DNA of 64,000 nt from Macrostomum hystrix (taxonomy: Eukaryota; Animalia; Platyhelminthes), in NCBI GenBank assembly GCA_950097015.1, contig CATNEN010000034.1, forward strand, positions 248,001 to 312,000. Reading direction: 5' to 3'. Below are positions 36,791 through 48,420 of the stretch, piece by piece (within the stretch, counting starts at the first letter, position 1; the number at the start of each line of letters is the position of its first letter). The notes under the pieces were generated by a model. That model had not been told where the DNA came from, ran no database searches, and was given only the letters and a program-made list of their open reading frames with translations. A program made the translations under genes and the position numbers.

Positions 36791-39700
36791 ATGCTGCTGC
36801 TGATGCTGGCACTGATAGGAAGCTGGTGCATCACTGTCAGTGAGTGATTTGCACTGTCTGCGCCCCTGCTTCGTGATTTAAAATACCATATACGACTTGA
36901 GTCTGACAAATAATTAGTTCAGCGAGCTCACCTGATGAGTCATACAGCTTATTAAATGAGTCAGACAGCTCATTAAATGAGTCAGACAGCTCATTAAATG
37001 AGTCAGACAGCTCATTAAATGAGTCAGACAGCTCATTAAATGAGTCAGACAGCTCATTAAATGAGTCAGACAGCTCATTAAATGAGTCAGACTTCTCATT
37101 AAATGAGTCAGACAGCTCATTAAATGAGTCAGACTTCTCATTAAATGAGTCAGACTTCTCATTAAATGAGTCAGACAGCTCATTAAATGAGTCAGACAGC
37201 TCATTAAATAAGTCAGACAGCTCATTAAATAAGTCAGACAGCTCATTAAATGAGTCAGACAGCTCATTAAATGAGTCAGACAGCTCATTAAATGAGTCAG
37301 ACAGCTCATTAAATGAGTCAGACTTCTCATTAAATGAGTCAGACTTCTCATTAAATGAGTCAGACAGCTCATTAGATGAGTCAGACTTCTCATTTAAAGA
37401 GTCAGACAGCTCATTAAATGAGTCAGACTGCGTTAGCAACGATGTGTCAGCCTCAATTAGCAACAATTTGTCAGACTCAATGAGTCAGGCAGCTCACTGC
37501 TCACCAGCCATTTGAGCTCATCTATTGTACAAACTGATAGCAACCTGACTGTCAAATCCAACCAGGTTCAACAACGGACGATGAAGTGCGACTGGCACAC
37601 CTGCTGTTTCAGCACAAGGGCTACAACAGGCTAATTAGGCCCGTGACTAACCTAAATGCCACCGTGAAAGTTGACTTCACCCTGTCAATCATACAGATCA
37701 TCAATGTGGTAAACTCAGCTAGAGGCTTGCTCTGAAATGCATTAAGTTGCAGAGATAGGTCACAGCGTGTGAATATGAGACGTTATATGTAGTGTCCTAG
37801 AGTCAGTTTTTTTATAAAATAAAAGTCTGCTATAATACTTCCTAGAACATTTTTACTTTATTCTACAGTCGTCTCAAATATGTTTTCTACACTGTGGGTT
37901 CACTTTTTCAACTTTTTTTAGCTCGTATATATTTGCTCATTGAATCTTCTAGCTGTCAGAGCTGGCACAAAATTTAACTTCCAGGAGGAGAAAGCGCAGA
38001 TCATGAAGAGCAATGTGTGGCTAAAACTGGTGAGGATTCTTTTATTTACTTTTAGGGTGATCGAACAAGGAAAATAAGGTTTCGTTTTGAGCACAAAGAG
38101 GTTTGAGCACAAAGAGGTTTGAGCTCAAAGAGGTTTGAGCACAAAGGGGTTTGAGCACAAAGAGGTTTGAGCACAAATAGGTTTGAGCTCAAAGAGGTTT
38201 GAGCACAAAGAGGTTTGAGCACAAATAGGTTTGAGCACAAAGAGGTTTGAGCACAAATAGGTTTGAGCACAAAATAGGTTTGAGCACAAAGAGGTTTGAG
38301 CTCAAAGAGGTTTGAGCACAATGATATTTGAGTACGAACAAGTTTTAGCACGAAGAAGAGTGAGTACGATAATTTTTTGAGTACGAATTTTTTTAATAAG
38401 AATATGTTTGAGGACGATAACACCAGAGAAAGCATGAGAAGGTAAGGGCAGGTGAAATTTCGAATTCAAATATCGCTTTTATTCTCTCATCAACAGGGCT
38501 GGTACGACTATCAGCTCAGATGGGATCCAAAGGACTTCGGCGGCGTCTCCATTATTCGGGTCCATCCGGACAGGGCCTGGAATCCTGACATTGTTCTGTT
38601 CAACAAGTGAGCGACTGCACCCAAATACAATTGGCACGCAAATACATATAATTGAAAAAGCATTTTGCATCAAATATTCTGAGGGTGTGGCAGTCAAATG
38701 AAGGACTCCCTGGAGGTATAACAGTCCATTGAAGGACTCCCTGAAGGTGTGGCAGTCAATTGAAGGACTCCCTGAAGGTGTGGCAGTCCATTGAAGGACT
38801 CCCTGAAGGTGTGGCAGTCCATTGAATGACTCCCTGAAGGTGTGGCAGTCAATTGAAGGACTCCCTGAAGGTGTGGCAGTCCATTGAAGGACTCCCTGAA
38901 GGTGTGGCAGTCCATTGAATGACTCCCTGAAGGTGTGGCAGTCAATTTAAGGACTCCCTGAAGGTGTGGCAGTCAATTGAAGGACTCCCTGAAGGTGTGG
39001 CAGTCCATTGAAGGACTCCCTGAAGGTGTGGCAGTCAATTTAAGGACTCCCTGAAGGTGTGGCAGTCAATTGAAGGACTCCCTGAAGGTGTGGCAGTCAA
39101 TTGAAGGACTCCCTGAAGGTGTGGCAGTCCATTGAAGGACTCCCTGAAGGTGTGGCAGTCCATTGAATGACTCCCTGAAGGTGTGGCAGTCAATTTAAGG
39201 ACTCCCTGAAGGTGTGGCAGTCCATTGAAGGACTCCCTGAAGGTGTGGCAGTCCATTGAAGGACTCCCTGAAGGTGTGGCAGTCCATTGAATGACTCCCT
39301 GAAGGTGTGGCAGTCAATTTAAGGACTCCCTGAAGGTGTGGCAGTCCATTGAAGGACTCCCTGAAGGTGTGGCAGTCCATTGAAGGACTCCCTGAAGGTG
39401 TGGCAGTCCATTGAATGACTCCCTGAAGGTGTGGCAGTCAATTTAAGGACTCCCTGAAGGTGTGGCAGTCTATTGAAGGACTCCCTGAAGGTGTGGCAGT
39501 CCATTGAAGGACTCCCTGGAGGTGTGGCAGTCAATTGAAGGACTCCCTGAAAGTGTGGCAGTCCATTGAAGGACTCCCTGAAGGTGTGGCAGTCAATTGA
39601 ATGACTCCCTGGAGGTGTGGCAGTCCATTGAAGGACTCCCTGAAGGTGTGGCAGTCCATTGAATGACTCCCTGAAGGTGTGGCAGTCAATTGAATGACTC

Positions 39701-42449
39701 CCTGGAGGTGTGGCAGTCCATTGAAGGACTCCCTGAAGGTGTGGCAGTCCATTGAAGGACTCCCTGGAGTTTGTTTCGCATGATGAAAAATCCACATTAA
39801 AGGCACTTTTGTATTTTAGTGCCGATGGCAAGTACGAGACCTCCTGGCTGCCGAACATCTTGATCTACAGCACGGGCAGCATAATGTGGATGCCACCAGC
39901 CATCTACCAGAGCACCTGTACAATTCACGTGAGGTATTTTCCATTTGACCAGCAGGAATGCGAGATGAAGTTCGGCAGTTGGACATTCGACGCAACTCAG
40001 GTGAGGCGATCTTGAACGATTGTTGTCAACTTTGGATTGGTATGCAAGAAGAGAATCATAATTTGAGATTTTGCATTGTGATTAAGAAAAAACTGATGTA
40101 CTTGCGATACCTACTTCAGGATAGCTCAAAGTCAGAATGACCGATTTTTGTGAAAGTCCTCTACAGGTCCAAATAGATCACCATTTTCCTCCCTTTTAGA
40201 TCATATAACCTAGCCGAGATATTCAGCAATTCTTGTCGAAGACACTGTTGACAATGACAACTAACATTGTTCTGTATATGGCTCTATGGCGAATGCATAT
40301 TGATTCAATAATATAATGATTAGCAATATAATCAATATAATACTGTCAACAATATTAACCGACATGGTTACAAGATGAAAATTTGTGAGCAAAAATGTTT
40401 ATATTTTATTGGTGGCTTTTGCAACCAGACACTCCGACCGAGAATCGTTGAAAATCTTGACGATGCCGATGCTTTGTGATTCTGGAAGCAATTTTTCATC
40501 GGATAGTGCAGAAAATGTTTGCCCATGTTCTTGATTTTCGAAAGGTGGTACTTGACGGCCCTGGGGTGGCTGACATGAACTCGTACTGGAAGTCCGGCTC
40601 CTGGGACATCATCGACTGTCCGGGCAACATCACGAAGATCGAGAAGGTCGGACAGGCGCCCCAGACAATGATGATCTACACGATTACAATCAGGCGAAAG
40701 ACTCTCTTCTACACCGTCAACCTCATCATACCCTGCGTGCTCATCTCGTTTCTCAGCGTCTGCGTCTTCTACCTCCCCGCCGATGCCGGCGAGAAGATGA
40801 CTCTGTGCATCTCCATCCTGCTGGCCCTGGTTGTGTTTCTCCTGCTGGTCAGCAAGATCCTGCCGCCAACCTCCATATCGATTCCGCTCATATCGAAGTT
40901 CCTGCTGTTCACATTCATCATGAATACAGTTACGATCGTGTTCACCGTGGTCATCATCAACTGGAACTTCCGCACGCCTCGCACTCACAAAATGCCGCAC
41001 TGGGTCCGGCTGGTGTTCCTCAAGTACCTGCCCCAGGTGCTGTTCATGAAGCGACCTGAGCACATCGACCAGGAAGAAGCTGACAGCTGGCGCATGGACC
41101 GCATGACCGAAGTCGATAGGTGCAACGGCGGCGGTGACGGCGGCGGCGACTCTGCAGACGATAGGCAGCGAGCTCAAGACCCTCACGCCAGTGCACTGCC
41201 TTCATCATCCTTTGACAGAGGCGTCAAAGATCCAGGAGGGGTCTATGACCACCGAGAGCCGCCGCCGCAGCCGCCGACTCCGCGAGGACTTCGCGGACTG
41301 CGGGTGACGCCGGAGCTGCGCAAGTCCGTCGCCGCCATCAACCTGATTGCCACTCACCTGAGAATCGAAGACGAGTATACCAGGGTAAATAGACTCAGCG
41401 CTGACAGTTTTCATTTATTATGATTCAAAATGAATATCCGTGGTAGCGAAAGGCATCGCTAATTCACTAAACATACTAAATTCACTGTTTATTTGTTTGG
41501 CATGAACTAGATCTGTCGCAGTACTGGGCTTTAATTGGGGTTCTTGGTTGTACTAGATCGATTAGGAACTCTGTTACTAAGTTGGTTTGGCTTGGCTTGG
41601 CTTAGTCAATAGGCAAGTTTTTGCAAGGTGAGGCTCTAAGGATTGCACCGGAGACAAATTGGCTCGCACTCTAGCATCCTTCCGCAGCCTCCCTAACCGT
41701 CTGTCCCAGTTTGGCCAGAAATCCTCCTCTGCCGCACAGAAATCAATGCATTCTGGGCCTGGAGGCCTGGGTCTGATTAAATATGAAAAGCTGGACTGGC
41801 CGAGGCGACTCGCATCACACAGACACAGTAGCATAAGACAGTAGCATAACTACACAGCGGATGTGTATTGATGAGGCCAGTTGGCTCATGGGTAGGGGAC
41901 CGGCTCTCAGACTTGGCTCCCACAGTGCCACTCGATAAGCATCCGTCTCACTCAGCCTGCCTCGTCTTGTGTGACCCGGACCTCGGCCTCGCACTCAGCC
42001 ATCATCCGGGCAGCCATGTGGATGAGGAGGGGAGAGAAATGAGAGAAAACAGTCAGGGGGACTTTAGATAAAGGATAGATAGCTTAGACGCAAGAGGAGT
42101 GATGGGAGGGCAAGGCTAGTCGAAATGCTGCCAAACCACTCCTGCGAAAGTTGACCTTCATGTTTTAGCGCGTCAGTTTTCCCAAGCTTGCTCGCCTGCG
42201 GGATTAGAATAAGCTGCTCATCTCACTGAAACAGATCTCAATACACTTCTTCTCTACTTGCAGGTTCTACAAGACTGGAAATACGTGGCGTCAGTTATTG
42301 ACCGGATTCAGTTGGTGATTTTCACGACAGTGACAGTGCTGGGCACCATCGCTATTCTCATGAATGCGCCATTCATTTTGGACTTTGTTAATCAGGACAA
42401 TATTGTGACCGAATTAAAGAACCGCTTCGAGAAGTTTGTGCCCAGCTGA
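36791..42449 (+). CDS. Nicotinic acetylcholine receptor non-alpha (beta1-like) subunit, copy 2, 517 aa; exons 36791-36839, 37566-37708, 37985-38029, 38497-38606, 39820-40000, 40545-41384, 42264-42449
   Basis: Signal exon MLLLMLALIGSWCITV A|gtgagt (phase 1), then [23 protein letters not shown]. Exon sizes (143, 45, 110, 181) and phases are the same as copy 1. Cys-loop [15 protein letters not shown], identical M2, M4 [11 protein letters not shown]. Confidence 0.95.
36933..37430. repeat. 21-bp minisatellite (AATGAGTCAGACAGCTCATTA)n x~23 in nAChR copy 2 intron 1
   Basis: Directly visible; most units contain TGAGTCA. Confidence 0.97.
38085..38322. repeat. 16-bp minisatellite (GAGGTTTGAGCACAAA)n
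   Basis: Directly visible, nAChR copy 2 intron 3. Confidence 0.95.
38680..39768. repeat. 31-bp minisatellite (GGCAGTCCATTGAAGGACTCCCTGAAGGTGT)n x~35
   Basis: Directly visible, nAChR copy 2 intron 4; ends ~50 bp before the acceptor. Confidence 0.97.
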
Positions 42450-42524
42450 GAATCGGATGGCGTGAAAATTTTTGCACTTGCATCGCTGTACACAGTAGGG
42501 GCGTTCGAAAAACATTTGCTACGA

Positions 42525-42855
42525 ATGGGGTGATTGACTCAATGACCCACTTCCCCGGCAGTAGAGAATGGGGTGGTGGACTCAATGTCACACTTCCCCG
42601 GCAGTAGAGAATGGGGAGGTGGGCTCAATTTCACACTTCCCCGGCAGTAGAGAATGGGGTGGTGGACTCAATGTCACACTTCCCCGGCAGTAGAGAATGG
42701 GGAGGTGGGCTCAATTTCACACTTCCCCGGCAGTAGAGAATGGGGTGGTGGGCTCAATTTCACACTTCCCCGGCAGTAGAGAATGGGGTGGTGGGCTCAA
42801 TTTCACACTTCCCCGGCAGTAGAGAATGGGGTGGTGGGCTCAATTTCACACTTCA
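42525..42855. repeat. 43-bp repeat x~7 just downstream of the nAChR copy 2 stop
   Basis: cacttccccggcagtagagaatggggtggtgggctcaatttca repeated. Confidence 0.93.
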
Positions 42856-43714
42856 CAGTCGTTAGATCATATGGTGGTGGGTCAGTATTACGCACCAAAT
42901 TCCCTCATTTTTGTATTTCAAAACCCCAATCAAAATCTAATTCAAGTTTTCTTGTTTTCAAGTACGAAGTTGGCGATTGTAACTTTTAGCTCGACCGCGT
43001 TTAGCTTGCTGGGCTTTCTGCCTACAGAAATTTTTGCACAGAAATATCAGCCTACAGAAAAGATTATTCATCATGCACAGCTCACACTAACGGATCAGAG
43101 ACAATTTTGCTCACTTTTAGGTCCAGTTGATGATTCTCGCATGCACAAATCTCTTTGAATTTTTTACCATTCGACCTTCTCGTTAAATAGTTAATTCCTT
43201 TTCTGCATTCATTAAGTACATGTTTGAATGCATTGCAGACCTGCTTATTAAGTGGGGCTAGTTTTTGTAATGCTAGTTAATTTGTGTTTGAGATTGCGCT
43301 TATGATTTCTGCATAAAGATGGATTGATAGACAGATAGATGAATTGCAGCTGCAGTAGCTCACAGCTCATGCTCTGTTCGCTGTTCTACCGAATTACTGA
43401 GTCATGGTGAGTTGAGTAGAGATTGGCTGGTTACTTAAAGCTTGTCGCTCAATGAGAATGCAGTCAGTCCAAGAGCCTTCCGTGAGGTCAGCAGCTCAGG
43501 AGTCTATTCAGTCTAGGATGCAGATTATTCTCTGCCTCTCCTCTCTTCATACTTTCGCTTCTCCGCAGCCTCTGCTTATTTAGTCATTCATACATTTCGG
43601 CCGCATAATCGACCAGCTCGGGTGCCCAGGCCCAGGCCCAATTGTTGTTATTCAGCTCGTATCCCGCCGGATCAGTTTGGTTCTGTCTGAACTATTTTAC
43701 ATTTAAGATTTAGC

Positions 43715-44030
43715 AATCAATGAGCAGTGTCAACGCGTTTGCCTCTCGCACCAAGGTCCCTGAGCTCGATTCCGCGGCGAGGCCACATAAATCTAAGGCG
43801 CAGCCGCGGAGAGAGGAATTGGGGGCTTGTCGTGCAATTTACGCCGATGTGGACTAACCCCCGAAGCACAGGGAGAGTGTACACTGCCTGGCAAAGAAAA
43901 AGTCAGGGCAGATGTACACACTCTATTCGACTATGTGCTCAGGAGTCAGCGGAATGGGCAGAATTGCCTCCTCGCTGGATGCGGGTCTAGTGTCACCAAA
44001 TGATTGCCGTTGCCCACAGCCCTTCTGCAA
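43715..44030 (+). mobile_element. SINE family A, older diverged copy
   Basis: cgcgtttgcctctcgcaccaaggtccctgagctcgattcc...gcagaattgcctcctcgctgg...gcccacagcccttctgcaa aligns with the 7.6-kb copy, with many substitutions and an internal deletion. Confidence 0.85.
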
Positions 44031-44704
44031 ATGATCATATTATATGATCATGACCATCGCTCATTGATAGGATTGTAGGTAGCTTAATGGAAGTAAAATG
44101 CAATTGCCATATCCTGTTGACGAGTTTAGCCATAGACAACGAATATTAATTGTAGCTTCGAATTGAGGATCACGCTCAGCCATAGACAAAATCTTTAAAT
44201 CCTGACTGGTGAGTTTTATAAGAACAATTGTGATTTTATCTGTCGAGTTTAATTGACATGTTCGAGTTGGGTTTCTAAACACAAAAAATAAATGAGAGCT
44301 TTAGGTGCGAAAGCGGCTGCACAAAGCTGCATAAAGTTGGGTTGAAAAAATCCCAAAAGTGTCGGCTGTGAAGAACTAAGGGCTAACTAAAATTAAAATT
44401 ACCGGGCAGACAAAGGTGCAGGTAGAGGTGGAGAGAAAGGGGCAGCATCCCCAGGCACCAAGAAACAACCACGACAGCAGGACGAAGGCTTGCCAATCAG
44501 CGCAAAGAGGGTGTTTAGATACTCTCTAAAGAATACTATCTTTAGAAGTCCTCGAACTGACACACTGAAGCGACGAAAAATCAACAAGAGTAATACGATA
44601 ATCTGGAAAGAAATAGACAATACATCTGAAATGTGAAATATAATAGCAAAAACGCGAGTCTGAAGTGGTACACCAGCGCAACCCATACAGAATGTTCAAG
44701 GACA

Positions 44705-44900
44705 GAGCTCTGATTGGCTAGCGCTGAATTGTAAACAATCAAAACTCAAACCGGTTCAGACAAGAGCTCTGATTGGCTAGCGCTGAATTGTAAACAATCA
44801 AAACTCAAACCGGTTCAGACAAGAGCTCTGATTGGCTAGCGCTGAATTGTAAACAATCAAAACTCAAACCGGTTCAGACAAGAGCTCTGATTGGCTAGTT
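44705..44900. repeat. 59-bp repeat x~3.5 containing CTGATTGGCT (CCAAT box on the minus strand)
   Basis: gagctctgattggct at 44705, 44764, 44823 and 44882. Confidence 0.95.
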
Positions 44901-44986
44901 GAACACAATGTACATCAATGCTTGCTGGCATGTCGCAAGATCAGTGGAATTCCCAGAACATACCCTTGTTAGAAAGTCAGGTGCCC

Positions 44987-45472
44987 TCAAGAAAGGGGTT
45001 CATAGCTGGGAGGATGCGGATTTCCTGTCGGGCTTCGCCACCTTATCTTGTCAAGGGCCAAGGCACAGCCCAGGAGCACAGAAACGCACATGAGAATTAC
45101 ACCTACAATGGAAAAAGCAATGATGGCAGCCTCATTCTCATCGGTAGTGGCGTTGCCAAACGGCTCAACTGTTGTTACATCGGGCACATTTTCAGTGCTG
45201 TTGACCGTGCCGCTGTGAGTAGTGGGATAGGCTGCGGTAGTCAGCTGGCAATCCAAGCTGCAAGCCCGAGTCACATTGTACAGGCAGCGGATGATATCCA
45301 GCTGGGTTGGCAGCGGATTACCATCGGCATCCACGGCGCTCGACAAAGTCGGGCAGCTGAGGCACGCGATGCACAGCTCGTCTAAGTACTGGCAGGAAAT
45401 TATCTTATACGACAGATTGGCCATCTCGGAGTCGCGCTTTTTTGGTTTTCCGAGAGTACCTGTTCGTAGCAT
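44987..45472 (-). CDS. TNFR-like (BCMA/TACI-type) Cys-rich single-pass protein, copy 1; native N-terminus replaced upstream of ~45395 (possible pseudogene or chimera)
   Basis: Open frame CQYLDELCIACLSC...C..C...C, Thr-rich stalk, TM AAIIAFSIVGVILMCVSVLLGCALAL and tail ending PPSYEPLS. Homology to copy 2 stops at cctgccag (~45395). Confidence 0.6.
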   Translation of the reverse strand: MLRTGTLGKPKKRDSEMANLSYKIISCQYLDELCIACLSCPTLSSAVDADGNPLPTQLDIIRCLYNVTRACSLDCQLTTAAYPTTHSGTVNSTENVPDVTTVEPFGNATTDENEAAIIAFSIVGVILMCVSVLLGCALALDKIRWRSPTGNPHPPSYEPLS

Positions 45473-45720
45473 TATCGGACTTATGACTGGTAATTGTTGC
45501 TATGTCGCGCAGTGACACACCAGGGTCATTTAGCTCAGTTTTTACTGTCACTCGCAGACAATGCCCAGTATAAGACTTGCTTATACCAGCCGGCTTGCGA
45601 GATGGACCGCATAATACTGCCAATGGTATTGACACCCACAACTTGTTTGGAAAAGTACCAGGACTGTTGTAGATCACGCACCCGGGGACCTAGAAACACA
45701 GCAGAGCCTTCTGCACCTGA
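45396..45720 (-). mobile_element. Crypton-like tyrosine-recombinase C-terminal relic (frameshifted)
   Basis: Minus strand reads WYFSKQVVGVNTIGSIMRSISQAG, then frameshifts to GISKSYTGHCLRVTVKTELNDPGVSLRDIATITSHKSDNATNRYSR. This fits the YR box II pattern H-x-x-R ... (G)HKS ... Y of Crypton/DUF3504-type recombinases. Confidence 0.7.
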
Positions 45721-46329
45721 CTAATCTTCCGATAAAGATTAGAATTTCATCCATCTCGTTTTAAAAGAAGGGATCGCTCCGAATTACCTGCATTTAACAG
45801 CGCTTCAAATTCATAGGCGTCCAATTGAACGAGATCATCGAGCATGCCTTACATTGCGAACTCTCGCTCAACTCGTTCATGCAGTTGACAACTTGAAGCT
45901 CCAACAGCGTCACCTTGCGACAATAGTTCAATACAAGTGCCGGTTTTTGTATAAAAAATAAAAGCCATGCCAGCATGCCCTCAGAGCAAGCATGGCTGGT
46001 GCACACCCGCCTCACCCCCCCCATACAACGCCTCACACTCGGCCCAACGCACAAACACAAACACAAACAAGCAGGCATGCAGAAGGCAGGGTTAAGCTAT
46101 TTTAAATTAGCTTTGGTTGCACAGAATAAGGTGCATCTCCGCAAGTCACTACTTCGCAAACCTCCAGCAAAGCCCCAAAATAATCGTCACATGGATGGAG
46201 GAGCGAACCAGCGACCATTGGAAAGTGAGGCAGCGACACTAGCCGCTGACCCACTCACCCCTCCTCGAATGGCACACTGAAGTGAAAACGAAATGCAGGC
46301 AACGCACTGAAACGTTGGCAATTTCAACA

Positions 46330-46618
46330 ACAACAACAACAACAACAAAGTACGCTGTCAGGTAGAAAAGGCAGCGTCACAGTGCACGCTTCAGAGCCTG
46401 GGCGCGAACAAAGGCCGCACCACCGGCAGTGTCCGGGGCGCCAGCATCGGCCAGCAGGCAGTCGACGAAACGCCGAGTTCGGGCCTGGCCGCGCCGGTAG
46501 GGTGCCTGCAGCGTTAGCAGCAGCACCTCCTGCACCGGCTGCGGGCAGTAGGACTCGGCGCGGATGATGTGGCCTGCCAGCTGGAGTCGCCGAAGTCGCA
46601 GCAGTTCACTGTCGCAAA
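46330..46618 (-). mobile_element. 5'-truncated RTE-clade LINE 3' end with (GTT)n tail and 12-bp TSD
   Basis: RRLQLAGHIIR...RRGQARTRRFVDCLLAD is the RTE ORF C-terminal pattern. (caa)n tail at 46326-46348. TSD GCAATTTCAACA at 46318-46329 and 46619-46630. Confidence 0.85.
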
Positions 46619-46774
46619 GCAATTTCAACAGCAAAAATACGAAACGTTGGAAAGAAAGAGAAAATACATCTGAAATGTGAAATTATAATAGCAAATGCGC
46701 GAGTCTGAAATTATACACCAGCGCAACCTATACAGAATGTTCAAGAACAGAGCTCTGATTGGCTGGCATTAAAT

Positions 46775-48420
46775 TGCACGCCACTCGAGATGTTAGAACA
46801 TCAGTCTCGGAATGGCGACACGTGCCAGGTGAGCAGAATCCAGCATATATTCCATCTCGTGGTTGCTTGCCAGTCAAGCTTCATGATAATTCGACTTAGT
46901 TCCATGGACCGCCATTCCTGCTGACTGACCAATACCCCTCTGCTGAGCACACGGATCTTCCAGCACGCATTAGTGAGGCCGTTGAAGTAGAATCTGCTAA
47001 GGTGCTTCTTGTCTCAGATTCCGACACGGAGCACTCGGATAGCGTGGCTCTTTACCCACCGGGTTATGGCATTTCAGCCCTTCTGGAGATCGAGCGTTTC
47101 TCGTCATTCAACAGATTGCTCCGTGTGACATCATGGGTCAGGCGGTTCATCGTTAACATGCGTGCTTCTGTGACGAGTTTGCCACTGCTCAAATCTGCGT
47201 TTGTAACGGCAGCTGAGCTGAACGAAAGCGAAGTCTTGTGGCTTGGCGCAGCTCAGCGGGCGGCCTTCGAAAAGGAATTCAACCATTTACTTCGAAAGAC
47301 AGCGACCACACCGCCTAACAAAGATCAGAACCTGTTCGTTGACAGCAACGGCCTGCTTCGTTCCCAAGGCCGCATTGGTGAAGTGTTCTCATTTCAAGTC
47401 AATAATCCCATTCTGATCCCACGGCACAGTCGTATCGAGCAGCTCATTATTGAGCGAGCTCATCGGTCTGTCGCACATGGGCGAGTAATATCACACCACG
47501 GTCCCTACGTTCGATTCCACGGCGAGGCCACATTTATTTGGGGCGCAGCCGCGGAGAGAAGGCTTGGGGGCTTGTCGTGCAATTTACGCCCTTGAGGGCC
47601 AACCCCCAAGGCACAGTGAAGTGTACATTGCCTGAAAATGAGAAAGTCTGGACAGATGTACACACCTGTGTGAGCGTATGCCTGCGTACAGTATCTGTGT
47701 GCGTGTGTGCTCCGGAGTCAGCGAAATGGGCAGAATTGCCTCCTCGCTGGCTGCGGGTCTAGTGTCACGAAATGATGTGCCATTGCCCGCAGCCCTCCTG
47801 CAATTATTATTATTATCATTATTATTACGAGCGTATAATGGCCCCATGGTGATTTTGAGAAAGACTTGTTGGTGTGGTGAAGAGCACTTTAACGAAAAGC
47901 GTCGGTGGCGCACAGCTCTGCTTCGTTCAGCTAGCCACAACAACAATCGAAATAGAAACTATCGTCAACAGTTGGCCGCTGCTTTATGTCTCCGCAGGTG
48001 ACAAGAGCGAAGTCATCACGCCATCATACTTTCTGAGTGGTGTGCGTCTCACTCTTGAGCCTGACAAGTGTTCTGAACATTCGTCCGTTGTGTTGCCACT
48101 CTCGAGTCGTCTTAAATTGCTTCGAAAGTCGTTGAGCTCATTTTGGGACGTCTGGCACACGTCGTATGTCACAGCCCACCGGGAGAAGTCGTTGAATGTG
48201 CAAGGCGGAGCCACTTTCAAGGTGCAAGGCCACTCTCAAACCTGGCGACGCGCCAACCTAGGCTGACGTGGAATTTGGGTGTGATTGAGTGAGTCTGCAG
48301 AGGTCGGGACGGTTTCTGTCGATCGGCTCTAGTGCGAGTGGTCAGTGGTGTAGGGGGTCGAAGATTGGAGCGCTTTGGACGACCAGTGCGGGCCTTGGTG
48401 CCACTTGAAGTCTCTGAATA
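46775..48420 (+). mobile_element. BEL/Pao LTR retrotransposon pol relic (RNase H end to integrase/DUF5641), internally deleted and with stops
   Basis: WRHVPGEQNPA..SRG, HGPPFL, FSSFNRLLRVTSWVRRF, GLLRSQGRI..NPILIP..H, then APW*F*ERLVGVVK, IETIVNSWPL..ITPSYFL and WNLGVIE*..GRDG..RS..RPVRALVPLE. Confidence 0.9.
47488..47827 (+). mobile_element. SINE family A copy nested in the BEL/Pao relic
   Basis: cacaccacggtccctacgttcgattcc...gcccgcagccctcctgcaattattattatt is near-identical to the 7.6-kb copy; the 5' ~35 bp are missing. Confidence 0.92.
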
